DNA of 63,354 nt, the filler included, from Rozella allomycis CSF55 (Eukaryota), in the NCBI GenBank assembly GCA_000442015.1. It is 8 parts of 8 records of this genome, joined end to end, with 100 filler letters (N's around TTAATTAATTAA, not from the genome) between each part and the next. Parts side by side here need not be neighbours in the genome. Positions count along the whole stretch, not along the records: positions 1 to 10,955 come from KE561053.1; positions 11,056 to 36,968 come from KE561055.1; 6 more parts are not named here. The stretch is one strand, 5' to 3'. Both the position numbers and the translations under genes were made by a program. Below are positions 1-13,504 of this stretch, piece after piece (position 1 is the first letter of the stretch; each line of letters starts with the position of its first letter). The notes beneath the pieces are model-generated. The model was not told the DNA's origin. It worked only from the letters and a program-made list of their open reading frames with translations, and did no database searches.

Positions 1-1176
1 GGAGAAAAGATTGAAGGCTATAAGATGCTGGTTAATAAGCTTGACAAGTATCAATATTATACATTGTATTATATAATCCAGCATTTGAGAGTGTAAAAGT
101 TTAAATAGGGGATGAAAGGGTTTGTACGCATCATCGGGATAATAAGATGACACCGGTGNCACTGCATTGTATAGTCGAAAGGATTAAGATCTGTTGGAGT
201 GTATAGTTTATCAGGGAGTGCGCCTAGGATTCAAAATTTGAAGCANTACTTGCATGGTATAGTCGATAGGATTAAGATCTGTGGGAGTGTATAGTTTATC
301 AGGGAGTGCGCCTAGGATTCAAAATTTGAAGCAAATGTTTGAGCAAGGTAAATACAAGTGTATTAATAGATAGAGTATGGGGCGATACCAATTGAGGATG
401 GTGAATTTTTGTCAGATATAAATTCGATTACAGGAGTGTTAAAGTTGTTTTTGAAGCAGTTACCCGAGGCATTGATATCAAAGCCTGGATATGAAGAGTT
501 TTTAGAGGTTTGTGGTAATTAATGAGTGGATTAAGAATAGTTAAAAGTTGTGAAATTGGAGAAAAGATTGAAGGCTATAAGATGCTGGTTAATAAGCTTG
601 ACAAGTANAGGATATGAAGAGTTCTTAGAGGTTTGTGGTAATGAATGAGAGGATTAAAAATAGTTAAAAGTTGTGAAATCGGAGAAAAGATTGAAGGCTA
701 TAAGATGCTGGTTAATAAGCTTGACAAGTATCAATATTATACACTGTATTATATAATCCAGCATTTGAGGGTGTAAGGATTTAAATAAGGGATGAAAGGG
801 TTTGTACGCATCATCGGGATAATAAGATGACACCGGTGGCGATGGGAAGTGTTTTTGCTCCGTTATTTTTCCGATCAGTTAAAGAAGAAACTAGCATACC
901 GTTTGCTGATCAGATAGTTGAAATATTGATTGAAAAAGCTGATGAAATATTTAGTGAAGTGAATTAACAATTGTAATAATAAAATAAAATCATTTTTAAA
1001 TTTGAATTTAATAAACTTTTTAAAGACTTTAAAATTNGACACCGGTGGCGATGGGAAGTGTTTTTGCTCCGTTATTTTTCCGATCAGTTAAAGAAGAAAC
1101 TAGCATACCGTTTGCTGATCAGATAGTTGAAATATTGATTGAAAAAGCTGATGAAATATTTAGTGAAGTGAATTAA
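1..1176 (+). CDS. RhoGAP-domain protein, 3' part, present as several overlapping near-duplicate fragments joined at single n's
   Basis: Manual translation gives LSGSAPRIQNLKQMFEQ, SITGVLKLFLKQLPEALI, LYYIIQHL and NKMTPVAMGSVFAPLFFR, all RhoGAP motifs. Stop at 965-967, with the end duplicated at 1038-1176. Confidence 0.85.
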
Positions 1177-1246
1177 CAATTTTAATAATAAAATAATATC
1201 ATTTTTAAATTTTAAACTTGAAAAGTCAAAACTTTGAAATTTATTT

Positions 1247-4200
1247 CTAGAATGATTTCATGTTTAATCTTCTGTTTAAAGAATTCACTTGATTTTCTAA
1301 TCTTCTGATTGTAAAGTGATTTGAGTAAGTTTGGTTATTTGAAGGAGTAAAAGATTGAATTAAATCTTCCAATTTTTTGACTTGAAGTTTTAAAAGTAAA
1401 GAAGATTCATCTGCAGAAGGGGAAGTTGCATGTATAGAATTACCAGTAGCATTGCCAGTAGAATTACTGAATGATTTACCACTAAAATTCTCTACAAATT
1501 TACTAAATGAATTTCCATTAAAATTCCTTCCATTATTTTTTAACTTTTTGTTTTCATTGTAGAGAGAATTCAATTGAAGATTAAGAGAATCAATTTGAGA
1601 TTTAAAGAAATTGTTTGAATTGTTTAAAATTTCAATTTCTTGAATTAAATTTTTAATTTTCTCATTTGAAATGTTTTCATTTTCATTTAAATCTTTTAAT
1701 GAATCTATTTTGTAAATTTCTAATTTTTCTTTTAGAACTTTTAGAGCCAATTGCGAATTTTCTAGATTAGATCTATAAAAATTTTCATTATTTTTTAATT
1801 CATCAAAAAGATTTTTCATAATTTCTCTTCTTTGATTTGTTTGAAAAATTAATCTTCCAAACAATTCAATCAATTCTGGATTAATATCGTTGGGAATTTC
1901 TCTTCCTTTATCATCTTTCATTTCCTTTTCTATTTTAACAACATCTCTTCCTCCTTCTACATTTGCTAGTTTATCTATTCTTTCTCTGTCCATAACCCTC
2001 TCCCTTTCAATCTTCTCTTGGAGCTCCCTTTCAATAACTCTCTCCCTTTCAAACTTCTCTTGCCTTTCTTTTTCAAACATCTCCTTCTTCTCTCTTCCAA
2101 GTCTCTCTATTTCACTTTCTAAAATACAAATTCTCTTTTCATATTCAATTGCCGTTTCATTAAAATTTTCTCTAACTTTTTCCAATTCCAAATTTAAAAC
2201 ATTTTTATCAAAATTTAATTTATTAATTTCGTTTGTCAACAATTCAAGACTTTCAATATTTTTAGTTTGATTTTCTCTATCAATTTCATTTTCTAATTTC
2301 AATGAATTAAATTTATTTAAAATATTTTCATTTTCAATTTTAATTTCATTAAAGATTATTTCTTGTTCATTAATTTCATTCTTTAAATTCAAAATTACTT
2401 CTTCAGATTCAATTTTAGAAATTTCCAGAATTTCTTTTTCTTCTTTTAAAACTTTTAATTCTTGATTCACCCACGAAAACTTTTCATTCAAAGATTCAAA
2501 ATTTATTTTATAATTTTCATTTTCACTTTTAACTTGACTTAGTTGTTTTCTTGTATTCTTCAATTCAACAGAAATTGTATTCAACTCTTCAGATGATTCA
2601 ATTTCTTTTGTTTCTAATTTTTCAATATAAATTTTCAACTTTTCATTTTTTTCTTTCAATAAATTCAAATTTCTTTTTTCATTTTCAATTTCATCTTTTA
2701 GATTTGAAATTTCTTTAATTGAATTTTCATTTTCTTCTTTTTTAATTTTTATTTCCTTTTGAGTTTCTTCAATTAAAGAATCTTTTTCTTTCAAATTTGT
2801 TTCTAAAAATAGAATGTGGCTGTGTAGATCATCTATTTTTATTTCTAGATCTTTTTTTATTTCATTTAAATTAGTTTGATTAATTTCAAGATTAGAAATC
2901 AAATTTTTATTTAAATTAATTTCTAAATCTCTCTTTTCCAAATCTGACGTCAAAAGTAAAATCTTTTCTTTGCTTGAATTTATTTCTTCTTTTAAAGATT
3001 TGATTTCTTGTTTTGAATTTTCTAAATTTTCTTTTAAAGATTTCAATTTTTCTTTATTTGAATTTATTTCATTTAAGAATTTGTTTTTTGATAAGTTTAA
3101 TTGATTTTTCAAAATTTCAGTAAAATTTACATTCTTTAACAAATTTCTTTCTTCTTCTTGAACTTTAAAATCTAAAAATAATTCTTCAACAAGAAATGGA
3201 CATTCCTCTTCTTCTTCCATTGGACACAAATTTGATGATTTATGCAACGTCCACCAATTTACACAATTTTCATAAACTATTTTTATATTTTTATTTCTTT
3301 CATTAATCATTTCATTCTCTTTAATCATTCTATTTATTTCTTCTTCATTCTCTTTAATCTTTACCAAAAATTCATTTTCTATTCTAAATTTCAACTCTTC
3401 CTTTTCTCCCTTTATTCTTTCATTCTCCTTCTCTATTTCTATTATTTGATTCGATAACACCAAATTCTGTCTCGTCCACTCCATTATTTCTTGATAATGA
3501 ATCTCATTCTTCTCCGTAGATTTCTCTAATATACTCCTCATCTCTTTCTCCAATTCATCATATTTATCTTGCCAACTCTTAATCTCTCCCAATTTCTCCC
3601 TTTCTTTTTCTAAAATACTCTTCTGAAATTTCTCAATTGTCTTTTCAAATTCTTCTCGCTCCTTTTTCATCGATTTTTCTCTTTGCTCACTCAACTCTTT
3701 ACTAATTATACTTTGTCTCTTTATATTTTCAATCTCATTCATAAATTCCATCTCTAGATGTTTTTTGGTAAATTTTATCTCGTCTTCCTTACTCTTACTC
3801 AAAAATTGATTTTGATGCTTTAAGTTTTCATTAGAAACATTCAAAAGGTTATAATCATTTTGTAATTGATTATATTCATTATTTAACGTCGATATTTTAG
3901 TAGTCATCATTGACATTTCATTCTTTAAAACTCCATTCTCATCCTTCAACTGATTATGCAAGCTCAACTCATTCTTTAAATGCCTTGATTCTCTACTCAT
4001 TGCATCATTATTCTTCTTTAATTCAACAATGGTGCTATTCAGCCTTTCCAGCTCTCCACTCTTACTGTCAAGCTCAGATTTGGCTTTAACGAATTCATTG
4101 TATACTTTTTCATTATCATCTTTGAACTTTTTATTTTCAATACTTGTCTTTTCATTTTCACTTTTAATCATTTCCAATTCCTTAGCCATTCTTTCAAGAT

Positions 4201-6154
4201 CCTTGGAATCTTTCTCATTCTGCAACGTTAATCTTTCTATCTCGCCCGTTTGTTTCGCATAAAGATATTTTAATTTCACAAGGTTCACCAATAATGATTT
4301 GCCTTCTCGTTCGCCCTCTTTGGATGCAGTCTGCGTTAATTCCGATAATACATCATTTATATCATTTGCAGCAATCTCATCGTCAACATATCTCCCAAGA
4401 CTGAAAATAACGTCTTGACTTTCTTTAAAGTATTTCTCCCTCTTTTTTTTCTCATTCTCATATTTTTGCTTCAATTCTTCATTCTCCCTTTGTATAGCCT
4501 CGACCGCTTTTTCATTCCCATTCAAGCTTTTCAAATTTTCATATTTCAGAATCATCTCGGCCAAATTTTCTTCAATCGATTTTCTCAACTTTCGTTCACA
4601 GTCTAAAATTCTCTCGATTTCATTTAAATTATCTTGCAGAAATACCAAAGAATCATTAGATTCACTCTTTTTTAATTCGCACATCCTACTCTTTGCATCC
4701 ATCGCAGAATCTAATGTAGGCAATGACGACTGTGAATTAGACAATTCATTCTTAAACTTATTAAAACTACTTTCGTTTCGTTTTTCTTTCTTTAGATTTT
4801 CATTCTCTTGCTCCAGTTTCTTGATTTCCATCTTCAATATTGACACTGTTGATTTCTCTATTGCCAACTCCTTTTCTGCAACAGATATCCCACGATCATT
4901 AATATGTTCAATCGTAAATTCACGTCCCTCCCTCTGCCTACTAAACTCGCTCATTAAATTCGAAATGTGATCCTCGTGTGACCTGCAAACTCGTCTTTCA
5001 AATTGCAACTCGTTTCTCAACTGCTCAACCAACTCATCCTTGCCGGTCGCTTTACTAATCTCATTTTTAATCATTTCCCTCAAGTTAAATTCTTCATTCA
5101 AGCTGCTTTGATATACTTTATTCATCAAAAATAGTCTCTCGTCCCTCTCATTCTCTTCACATTCTCTCTCCTTTGTAAACAATTCATTTGCCTTTATCAA
5201 CTCTTCGTTTTTTCTTTTCTCTTCTTGCAATTGAGTTTCAATCTTATTAATCTCTTCCTGCATGTCAAACACAATCGATTCCCTGCTTTCGCTTAATGAT
5301 TTCATTAAGCGGTTTTCATTTAAAGTCAAAGTTGCATTCATTCTACATAATCCATCTTTCAATTCTTTGTTTTGCTTGTCCATATCATTCACAGAAAGTT
5401 CTAATTTTTCAAATGAAGAATAATCGCTCAACTTTTTTATGCTTGGAAACTCCAGAGTTTTCAACTTTACATAAAATTCATCCATTTTATTTTGAATGCA
5501 ACTGGAATGTTCCTTTATCTTTTGAATGGTTAACTTGTACGCATTATTCGCCTTTACTAAATCATCTTTTTCTTTTCTCAACAATAAATTCTCGTTTCTT
5601 AGGCTTTGGATTTCCTCGTTGATATCAAAAGTCAAGTCATTTCTTTTCATTTCATCAACATCTCCTGTTTTCATCGAATTATCAACATTCCTTTCCATCT
5701 TCAAGTTTTTTATTTCATCCATAAGTTTTTTATTCAACTTTCTCAAACTTTCCAGATTATTGTTCAAAGCCAAGTTTCTATCGCCGTTCAATTGAATATC
5801 GGATTTGCTTCGACTAATGGCCACATGCAAATCTAAATTTTGGGATATGGCTTTCTTTACTATTGGATGACACAAATGCTTCATTTGTATCCACATCAAA
5901 ATTCTATCTTAAGTGGACCATCTTTTTTACTTTTTCTGGTTCCATAACAAAGCACTTTTTGTTGTTGGCAACTAAGACTGTCTATGAGAAGTTATAACGA
6001 GTAACAATAAAAAAATTAAGATTCGGAGACACATCTAAGTTTGACATCCCACTAGGCTTGAAATATCAAGAAAAAGCGGAATTTATTGTAAACTTCGCGT
6101 TTTAAGTTTGAGAGATGATGATAAAACAACCCATTTTCGCAGTTTCCGATAAGG
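1247..6154 (-). CDS. Very long coiled-coil protein (>1550 aa), copy/haplotype A
   Basis: 1550-aa E/K/N/L-rich ORF with heptad character and no recognisable catalytic motif. The 5' region is cut at n6155. Confidence 0.75.
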
Positions 6155-6155
6155 N

Positions 6156-8550
6156 GTTTTGATGCTTTAAGTTTTCATTAGAAACATTTAAAAGGTTATA
6201 ATCATTTTGTAATTGATTGTATTCATTATTTAACGTCGATATTTTAGTAGTCATCATTGACATTTCATTCTTTAAAACTCCATTCTCATCCTTCAACTGA
6301 TTATGCAAGCTCAACTCATTCTTTAAATGCCTTGATTCTCTACTCATTGCATCATTATTCTTCTTTAATTCAACAATGGTGCTATTCAGCCTTTCCAGCT
6401 CTCCACTCTTACTGTCAAGCTCAGATTTGGCTTTAACGAATTCATTGTATACTTTTTCATTATCATCTTTGAACTTTTTATTTTCAATACTTGTCTTTTC
6501 ATTTTCACTTTTAACCTTTTCCAATTCCTGAACCATTCTTTCAAGATCCTTGGAATCTTTCTCATTCTGAAACGTTAGTCGTTCTATCTCGCCGGTTTGT
6601 TTCTCATAAAGATATTTTAATTTCACAAGATTCACCAATAATGATTTGCCTTCTCGTTCACCTTCTTTACCTGCAGTCTGCGTTAATTCCGATAATACGG
6701 CATTTATTTCATTCGCAGCAATCTCATCATCAACATATCTCCCAAGACTGAAAATAATGTCTTGGCTCTCTTTAAAGTATTTCTCCCTCTTTCTTTTCTC
6801 ATTCTCATATTTTTGCTTCAATTCTTCATTCTCCCTTTGTATAGCCTCGACCGCTTTTTCATTCCCATTCAAGCTTTTCAAATTTTCATATTTCAGAATC
6901 ATCTCGGCCAAATTTTCTTCAATCGATTTTCTCAACTTTCGTTCACAGTCTAAAATTCTCTCGATTTCATTTAAATTATCTTGCAGAAATACCAAAGAAT
7001 CATTAGATTCACTCTTTTTTAATTCGCACATCCTACTCTTTGCATCCATCGCAGAATCTAATGTAGGCAATGACGACTGTGAATTAGACAATTCATTCTT
7101 AAACTTAAAGCTATTTTCATGTCGTTTTTCTTTCTTTAGATTTTCATTCTCTTGCTCCAGTTTCTTGATTTCCATCTTCAATATTGACACTGTTGATTTT
7201 TCTATTGCCAACTCCTTTTCTGCAACAGATATCCCCCGATCATTTATATTTTCAATCGTAAATTCACGTCCCTCCCTCTGTCTACTAAACTCGCTCATTA
7301 AATTCGAAATGTGATCCTCGTGTGACCTGCAAACTCGTCTTTCAAATTGCAACTCGTTTCTCAACTGTTCAACCAACTCATCCTTGCCGGTCGCTTTACT
7401 AATCTCATTTTTAATCATTTCCCTCAATTTAAATTCTTCATTCAAGCTACTTTGATATACTTTATTCATCAAAAACAGTCTCTCATCCCTCTCATTCTCT
7501 TCATATTCTCTCTGCTTTGTTAGCAATTCATTTGCTCTTATCAACTCTTCGTTTTTTCTTTTCTCTTCTTGCAATTGAGTTTCAATCTTATTAATCTCTT
7601 CCTGCATGTCAAACACAATCGATTCCCTGCTTTCGCTTAATGATTTCATTAAGCGGTTTTCATTTAAAGTCAAAGTCTCAATCATTCTACATAATACATC
7701 TCTCAATTCTTTGCCTTGCTTGTCCATAGCATTCACTGAATGTTCTAACTTTTCAAATGAAGAATAATCGCTAAACCGCTTTATGCTTGGAAACTCCAGA
7801 GAATTCAACTTTACATAAAACTCATCCATTTTGTTCTGAATGCAACTAGAATGTTCCTTTATCTTTTGAATTTTTAGCTTGTACTCATTATTCTCCTTTG
7901 CTAAATCATCTTTTTCTTTTCTCAATAATAAATTCTCGTTTCTTAGGCTTTGGATTTCCTCGTTGATATCAAAAGCCAAGTCTTTTCTTTTCATTTCACC
8001 AACATCTCCTGTTTTCATCGAATTATCAACATTCCTTTCCATCTTCAAGTTTTTTATTTCATCCATAAGTTTTGTATTCAACTTTCTCAAACTTTCCAGA
8101 TTATTGTTCAAAACCAAGTTTCTATCACCGTTCAATTGAATATCTGATTTGCTTCGACTAATGGCCACATGCAAATCTAACTTTTGTGATATGGCCTTTT
8201 TTACTATTAGATGGCACAAATGCTTCATTTGTATCCACATCAAAATTCTATCTAAAGTGGACCATCTTTTTTTACTTTTTCTGGTTCCATAACAAAGCAC
8301 TTTTTGTTGTTGGCAACTAAGACCGTCTATGAGAAGTTATACGAGTAACAATAAAAAGGTTAAGATCCAGATACAAATTAAGTTTGACATCCCACTAGGT
8401 TTGAAATATCAAGAAAAAGCGCAATTTATTGTAAATTTCGCCTTTTGAGTTTGAGAGATGATGATAAAACAACCCATTTTCGCAGTTTCCGATAAGGGTA
8501 ACACCTAATGATTGGGCAAATCTTCCTTGGATGTCTGATCTCATTCATAA
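6156..8550 (-). CDS. Second, diverged copy (probable allele) of the N-terminal half of the coiled-coil gene
   Basis: ORF 6102..8300 aligns residue by residue with the first ~700 aa of ORF 1247..5899, with scattered substitutions. It starts at a single-n junction. Confidence 0.75.
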
Positions 8551-9012
8551 ATAATATATGTGTAGAAGACGTGTACTAGAGGTACTACTTTTATTTTTGA
8601 GCGCGTAAAGTTATAAACTAGTTAGTTAAGGGCTTTTAAAAATTAAATTAAAAATCTTGACAACCTTTTTTAAGTATCCGTAATTAGAACAACAACAACT
8701 GAGATGCTTAGCCACCATATGGGAAGGAGAAAAATAGCTCCCCCGAAACCCAAAACGAAGAGTGTTTCATTTAAAAGAAAGACCTTACTTCACTATACAT
8801 TTTCGTCAAAAGAATATAATCGAAAACCTGCTATTTTACCCGCGTTTTCACGAAAAATGATCGGCATNCTTATAAATAATATTAATTAGTAGAAGAATTA
8901 TAATGTGAATACTACTTTTATTTTTAAATACGTAAAGTTGTAAACTAATTAGTTAAGTACTTTTCTTGACAACCTTTTTTAAGTATCCGTAATTAGAACA
9001 ACAACAGCTAAG

Positions 9013-9444
9013 ATGCTTAGCCACCATATGGGAAGGAGAAAAATAACTCCCCCGAAACCCAAAAAGAAGAGTGTTTCATTTAAAAGAAAGACTTTACTTC
9101 ACTATACATTTTCTTCAAAAGAATACAATCGAAAACCTGCTATTTTACCCGCGTTTTCACGAAAAATGATCGGCATTGTCAAATCAATAAGAAAAACCAC
9201 CGAAAAAAGATGTAAAATTAAGCAATTTTGGGATATAATGTTTCGATTTTATGAAGAACGTCGTTATAAATATGAATCATCAAATAAACATGCTGAAGTC
9301 AACATCTGTCAAGATAATGAAGAAATGGTAACTTCTTCAGATCCACTCATTAAAAATGGCCAAGTTTATCCAACATTCTCATTGATAGATCCAAATTTTT
9401 GCCATTTGGACACAGAAAGTGCTCGTACCGAAATTTTGGCGTAA
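9013..9444 (+). CDS. Small basic protein with a PP1-docking-like motif; partial duplicate at 8704-8867
   Basis: KKSVSFKRKTLLHYTFSSKEYNRK resembles the RVxF + TYS..EYDRR segment of Bni4/neurabin/Phactr PP1 regulators. Confidence 0.5.
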   Translation: MLSHHMGRRKITPPKPKKKSVSFKRKTLLHYTFSSKEYNRKPAILPAFSRKMIGIVKSIRKTTEKRCKIKQFWDIMFRFYEERRYKYESSNKHAEVNICQDNEEMVTSSDPLIKNGQVYPTFSLIDPNFCHLDTESARTEILA

Positions 9445-9877
9445 CAGTTTCATTGTAATTAATTATTCCCGTAATAAACACAAATTTTAAGAATCATCAT
9501 TTTTATGTGATCTTTAGTGAAATCATCATAACAACTTTACGAATTTCTGTTTGAAATGATGTTTTGGATGATATTGTTAATTGTTACCTATTTTTGCTTT
9601 ATTTTATACAAAAAGTTTAACGTACCACCTAAAGAANAATGATGTATTGGATGATATTGTTAATTGTTGCCTATTTTTGCTTTATTTTATACAAAAAGTT
9701 TAACGTACCACCTAAAGAACTCTCCAATATTCCTTTGGTACCTTTTTGGACCAGTACCAGGTTGCTTCTTTCTAAAGACTCTATGCCTATAAAATCGGCT
9801 TANAATAAATTTTAAGAATCATCATTTTTATTGAAATCATAATAACAACTTTACGAATTTCTGTTTGATACTTTGAA

Positions 9878-10954
9878 ATGATGTATTGGATGATATTGTT
9901 AATTGTTGCTGCTTTTTGCTTTATTTTATACAAAAAGTTTAATGTACCACCTAAAGAACTCTCTAATATTCCTTTGGTACCTTTTTGGACTAGCACCAGA
10001 TTGCTTCTTTCTAAAGACTCTATGCCTATAAAATCGGCTTATTTAAATGATTTAATATCTTCGATTAGACATTTATACCCAAAAGCAGAAGAAAGAAATG
10101 TTTTTTTGGTATGATGTATGTGTTTCACTGTAGGAGATGAACTTTTTTGGCAAATGGGTTGTTACGGTCAACGATAATGAGCTAATAAAGCAGATTCTTA
10201 ACAATACGTCTGTATACCAAAAATTTAGTTTTGGCGGGGAAAAAGAAGGCTCCATAAGTAACCGCCTTCTAGGTAACAATATTGTAATGGCAAACGGGGA
10301 CGAATGGAAAAGTCACAGGAGAATTGTCAATCCTGTCTTCAATAAAGGATGGAATACTAAAGGTTTTGGGGAAAAGGTATTAAAAATGATGAGTACATGG
10401 GAAATTTCGGGACATAATATGATAGATATATCAAAATGGACTCCCAGGTAGCCATTATGTTATTCTGTTGGACCTAGGCTTGCTCTTGATATATTTTCGT
10501 CCGAAATATTTGGGATTGATTTTAAAACTCTCGAAGGTGATTCAGAGCTGTATCAAAAGTACAATAAAGTCATCAGCGTTATGGACGAAAACTTACTATT
10601 GATGATTCCCTCTTTGAGCACAATGAATTTCCTGCCAAGAGTTCAGCGCTCACAAACATATATTGATGAATTCAATGAAATAATATACAGCTTAATTCGA
10701 GAAAAAAGAGCCAACCCGCCGGATGATGATACTTCTGCTGATTTACTCGACAGGCTCATTGCGGCATCAGACAAAGAAGAGGACGGACTTACTGATTGTG
10801 AACTTAGGGTAAATTTATTGACATTTCAAAAATAGGATGACATTTTCATATTTTTTATCGCTGGACATGACACAACANTGTGAACTTAGGGTAAATTTAT
10901 TGACATTTCAAAAATAGGATGACATTTTCATATTTTTTATCGCTGGACATGACA
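9878..10954 (+). CDS. Cytochrome P450, 5' two-thirds (truncated by contig end); 5' end duplicated at 9556-9800
   Basis: N-terminal TM anchor plus Pro-rich hinge, C-helix NGDEWKSHRRIVNPVF, DLLDRL, and I-helix IFFIAGHDT. Short introns. Confidence 0.9.
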
Positions 10955-10999
10955 CNNNNNNNNNNNNNNNNNNNNNNNNNNNNNNNNNNNNNNNNNNNN

Positions 11000-11011
11000 T
11001 TAATTAATTAA
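11000..11011. other. Artificial contig linker TTAATTAATTAA in N padding (also 37013, 38554, 47637, 50703, 52465, 57562)
   Basis: An identical 12-mer with stops in all six frames, always flanked by runs of N. Confidence 0.97.
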
Positions 11012-12371
11012 NNNNNNNNNNNNNNNNNNNNNNNNNNNNNNNNNNNNNNNNNNNNCCAGAATAGCAAATAAAACAATATTCAAGATTGTTCACACATGGA
11101 AATTGTGACTTAATCTAAAAATCAATCGATTCTGTTTCATTTTACCCCTTTCTTCTATCGCTTGACCTTCATCTACCGTTTTCCTCCTGTGAATCCCGAA
11201 TCTGAGTCTCCATAATCTTGTTCGAAAAAAACTGTATAAAAATTTTATCATTTAATTAATATAAATTATAATTGACAATTGATCGATTCGATTGTAAACT
11301 TTTCTACACCATGGCATTCAAACTAAGTGTAACAAGTGAATCTTATGGCTCTAAAGCGCCAATAAAGAAAATAAAATAACAAGTTATTATTTCAATTTAA
11401 TCTATTTATAAAAAGACACAAATGTGCCATATTAATGAGCAATTATATTGGGTGTTCCGAGTTCATAGACCAAATTTGGGAGAAAATGGAAGCAAGAAAT
11501 GGTTACATATACACACAACACTCGACAACCCCCCTGGCCAACGATGTAAATCCCTTAAAGTGAGTGTGTATTCGAGGCGAAAATGGTANAATCTTGTTCG
11601 AAAAAAACTGTATAAAAATTTTATCATTTAATTAATATAAATTATAATTGACAATTGATCGATTCGATTGTAAACTTTTCTACACCATGGCATTCAAACT
11701 AAGTGTAACAAGTGAATCTTATGGCTCTAAAGCGCCAATAAAGAAAATAAAATAACAAGTTATTATTTCAATTTAATCTATTTATAAAAAGACACAAATG
11801 TGCCATATTAATGAGCAATTATATTGGGTGTTCCGAGTTCATAGACCAAATTTGGGAGAAAATGGAAGCAAGAAATGGTTACATATACACACAACACTCG
11901 ACAACCCCCCTGGCCAACGATGTAAATCCCTTAAAGTGAGTGTGTATTCGAGGCGAAAATGGTATTAACTCAACTTGCCAATAATCGTTTCTGAAGTCCG
12001 GGTCGTAAACTCCCCGTCCGATATTGCTTGGTATATTGTATATTTTGAGTTAGTTCATGGGGAAAATAGGGAGGCGAAAAATTGTTTCATACACAACACA
12101 CACAGAAACCCCATGGTCAACGATGTAAATCCCTTAAAGTGAGTATACTATTCGAGGTGAATATGGTATTAACTCAATTTGGTCGGTTATGAAGTCCGGG
12201 TCGTAAACTCGGTCAGATAAGTTGCTACTAAATACTATGCATTAAAGTCTTTTTTATTTAAAATATATTTAAGAAATCCTTTGTTTTACTCTTTTCTAAA
12301 CTCCAAATCTGATAACGTTTCATAATTCATTAATTTATTTGATTTCGCCATCGATGAATAATTTCCAACGA

Positions 12372-12896
12372 TCAAAATTTTAGGACACAGTTTTTCCACT
12401 TAAGAAGAATATTTTTTACTACTTCATTTGTCATTCTATGATGTCTGCTGAGGCGCAACGACATCATGGATTGATACGAAAGGCTGTACTTCTTTACAAC
12501 AATGTCTTCTTTATCCTCGAAAAGATTTGTTTTTGTTTTATAATCGATTGTACCATCAGCCATAACAACTTCAATTTTGCATTGGGAACAACATTTATGA
12601 CAAAATAGAACTCTTCGTTCATTAAAAAGAAAAGTCTCGAAACCATAATCCCCTTGAATGACAACATGTGCACCTTTCCATTTCCTTCCATATCCCAATG
12701 ATTGAATTACCCATTGGCGTCTGCTAAGCACTAACACAATATCAGCGCCCATTAAATACCCGAGGTCTTTAAAATCATAATTATTTAAACCTTTGAAATC
12801 GTAGCATTTTTTAATAAAAGTATCATTCTCTACAACTCCTTCGATAAATACAATTATATGCTTTGGAGAGCCAACATTAATCGTAGTTTGCTTCAC
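12372..12896 (-). CDS. Hypothetical protein (174 aa, intronless, CxxC-containing)
   Basis: Open frame with FCHKCCSQC, GTG start only. No recognised family. Confidence 0.35.
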   Translation of the reverse strand: MKQTTINVGSPKHIIVFIEGVVENDTFIKKCYDFKGLNNYDFKDLGYLMGADIVLVLSRRQWVIQSLGYGRKWKGAHVVIQGDYGFETFLFNERRVLFCHKCCSQCKIEVVMADGTIDYKTKTNLFEDKEDIVVKKYSLSYQSMMSLRLSRHHRMTNEVVKNILLKWKNCVLKF

Positions 12897-13151
12897 TCGC
12901 CCCGAAATTCCAGCACTTTCAGTAGGTTCGCTTTTTGTTTTGGATAAAGATTNATCCGAGTGCTTTTATGGCGTAGACTTGGGCTAAAAGTCTTTAATCA
13001 TAATGGTTCATGTCTTGAATGTACAAAAGGTCAATCAGACTGTTATGGTGATNATAATGACTAAATGACTAATGAGTAACTCGGAACAGCACCATAATTT
13101 ACTAAATAAATAAAGACAAATTGAGAATTAAGATTTTTTTATTTTTTATTN

Positions 13152-13504
13152 GATAAAGATTTAAGAGCTTCACGAAATCGGTCACTGATTTTCTCCCGGA
13201 TCTTAAATATTCGCTTCGTTTGGAAACTCCCAGTTTCGACACTCTCTACTTGTTCACCTTCATTCAGCCAAGAAATATATGTCTTTGAGCTTTCAACAGT
13301 CACAATAACAGTAGAGCCAAGTAATTTTGATGTTGAATTTGAGTCGTCAGAAGGATCACCATCCCCAGGAGACCCTGGGGCACCTGGGCATGTTTCGTTG
13401 AATTCAATCAAGCTTAAAACAGGGGCAGTTAAACATACTTCCGTTTTTGTAGTAGTTGCCGACTTTACGATCAAAATCCAACAAAGAAAGAAAAAAGGTA
13501 ACAT
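13152..13504 (-). CDS. Small secreted orphan protein; paralogous 5' fragment at 14586-14706
   Basis: Signal-peptide-like MLPFFFLCWILIVKSA. The second copy reads MLPFFFLCWMLIVKSATTTITEVCLTAPVL. Confidence 0.55.

Noticed and set aside
1890-8147. Many + strand F/S/L/I-rich ORFs (also 41136-42101 and 60442-63342)
   Set aside because: Antisense shadows of E/K-rich coding sequence.
11213-11970. Exact ~375-bp tandem duplication
   Set aside because: Identical copies meeting at a single n are an assembly overlap artefact. The same applies at 20996, 22139, 38425, 49340 and 51290.
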